Translations under genes and position numbers: made by a program
Notes under the pieces: model-generated
Seen by the model: the letters and a program-made list of their open reading frames with translations, nothing else
What the model was told of the DNA's origin: nothing
Databases searched by the model: none
DNA from: Podarcis filfolensis
Taxonomy: Eukaryota
DNA length: 64,000 bases
Reading direction: 5' to 3' (one strand)
Assembly (NCBI GenBank): GCA_964270895.1
Contig: OZ185436.1
Shown: positions 63,803-64,000 of the stretch, in pieces
Numbering within the stretch: position 1 is the first letter of the stretch
How the letters are laid out: each line of letters opens with the position of its first letter

Positions 63803-64000
63803 CTGTAGAAGAAAAGAAGACAATATTTATAGTCCAATGCAGACTATCATTTTAAGAAACGCCTGCTGAGGTACTTTGTGCCATGGGCCAGGAGTCAGTT
63901 TAACCTGCTAATCAGAAGGCGGAGTGACTCCACCTGCTGCTGATCAGCCTTCAAGGACACAGAGGAGAAGGCACTGATGAGAATCAGCTGGCTTCAGCCT

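Overview
This window is vertebrate genomic DNA from a squamate reptile. A lacertid lizard is likely, judged from the Sauria SINE, BovB, L2, CR1 and MITE content; the genus is inference only. Most of the window is the middle of DOCK2 (Rac GEF) on the minus strand: 15 coding exons, equivalent to human exons 13-27 (numbering from memory), 1661 coding nt. All have GT-AG boundaries, their phases join into one open frame, and they include the DHR-1/C2 domain. The last coding exon of INSYN2B (FAM196B) lies on the plus strand at 2912-3092, nested in the intron after exon 27, and the ORF track missed it. The rest is intron containing many transposon remnants and microsatellites, plus one N gap. Nearly all ORF-track entries are noise or transposon fragments. 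I found no clearly new biological system. The best leads are (i) a 121-bp Penelope-derived insertion with a target-site duplication that carries a hammerhead ribozyme core, (ii) two textbook plus-strand introns in DOCK2 intron 19 that suggest a spliced antisense RNA, (iii) an unidentified CpG-rich ~0.9 kb element splitting a LINE, and (iv) an unexplained two-strand ORF with a 138-nt-period internal duplication. Family assignments come from recalled sequence motifs; no database search was run.
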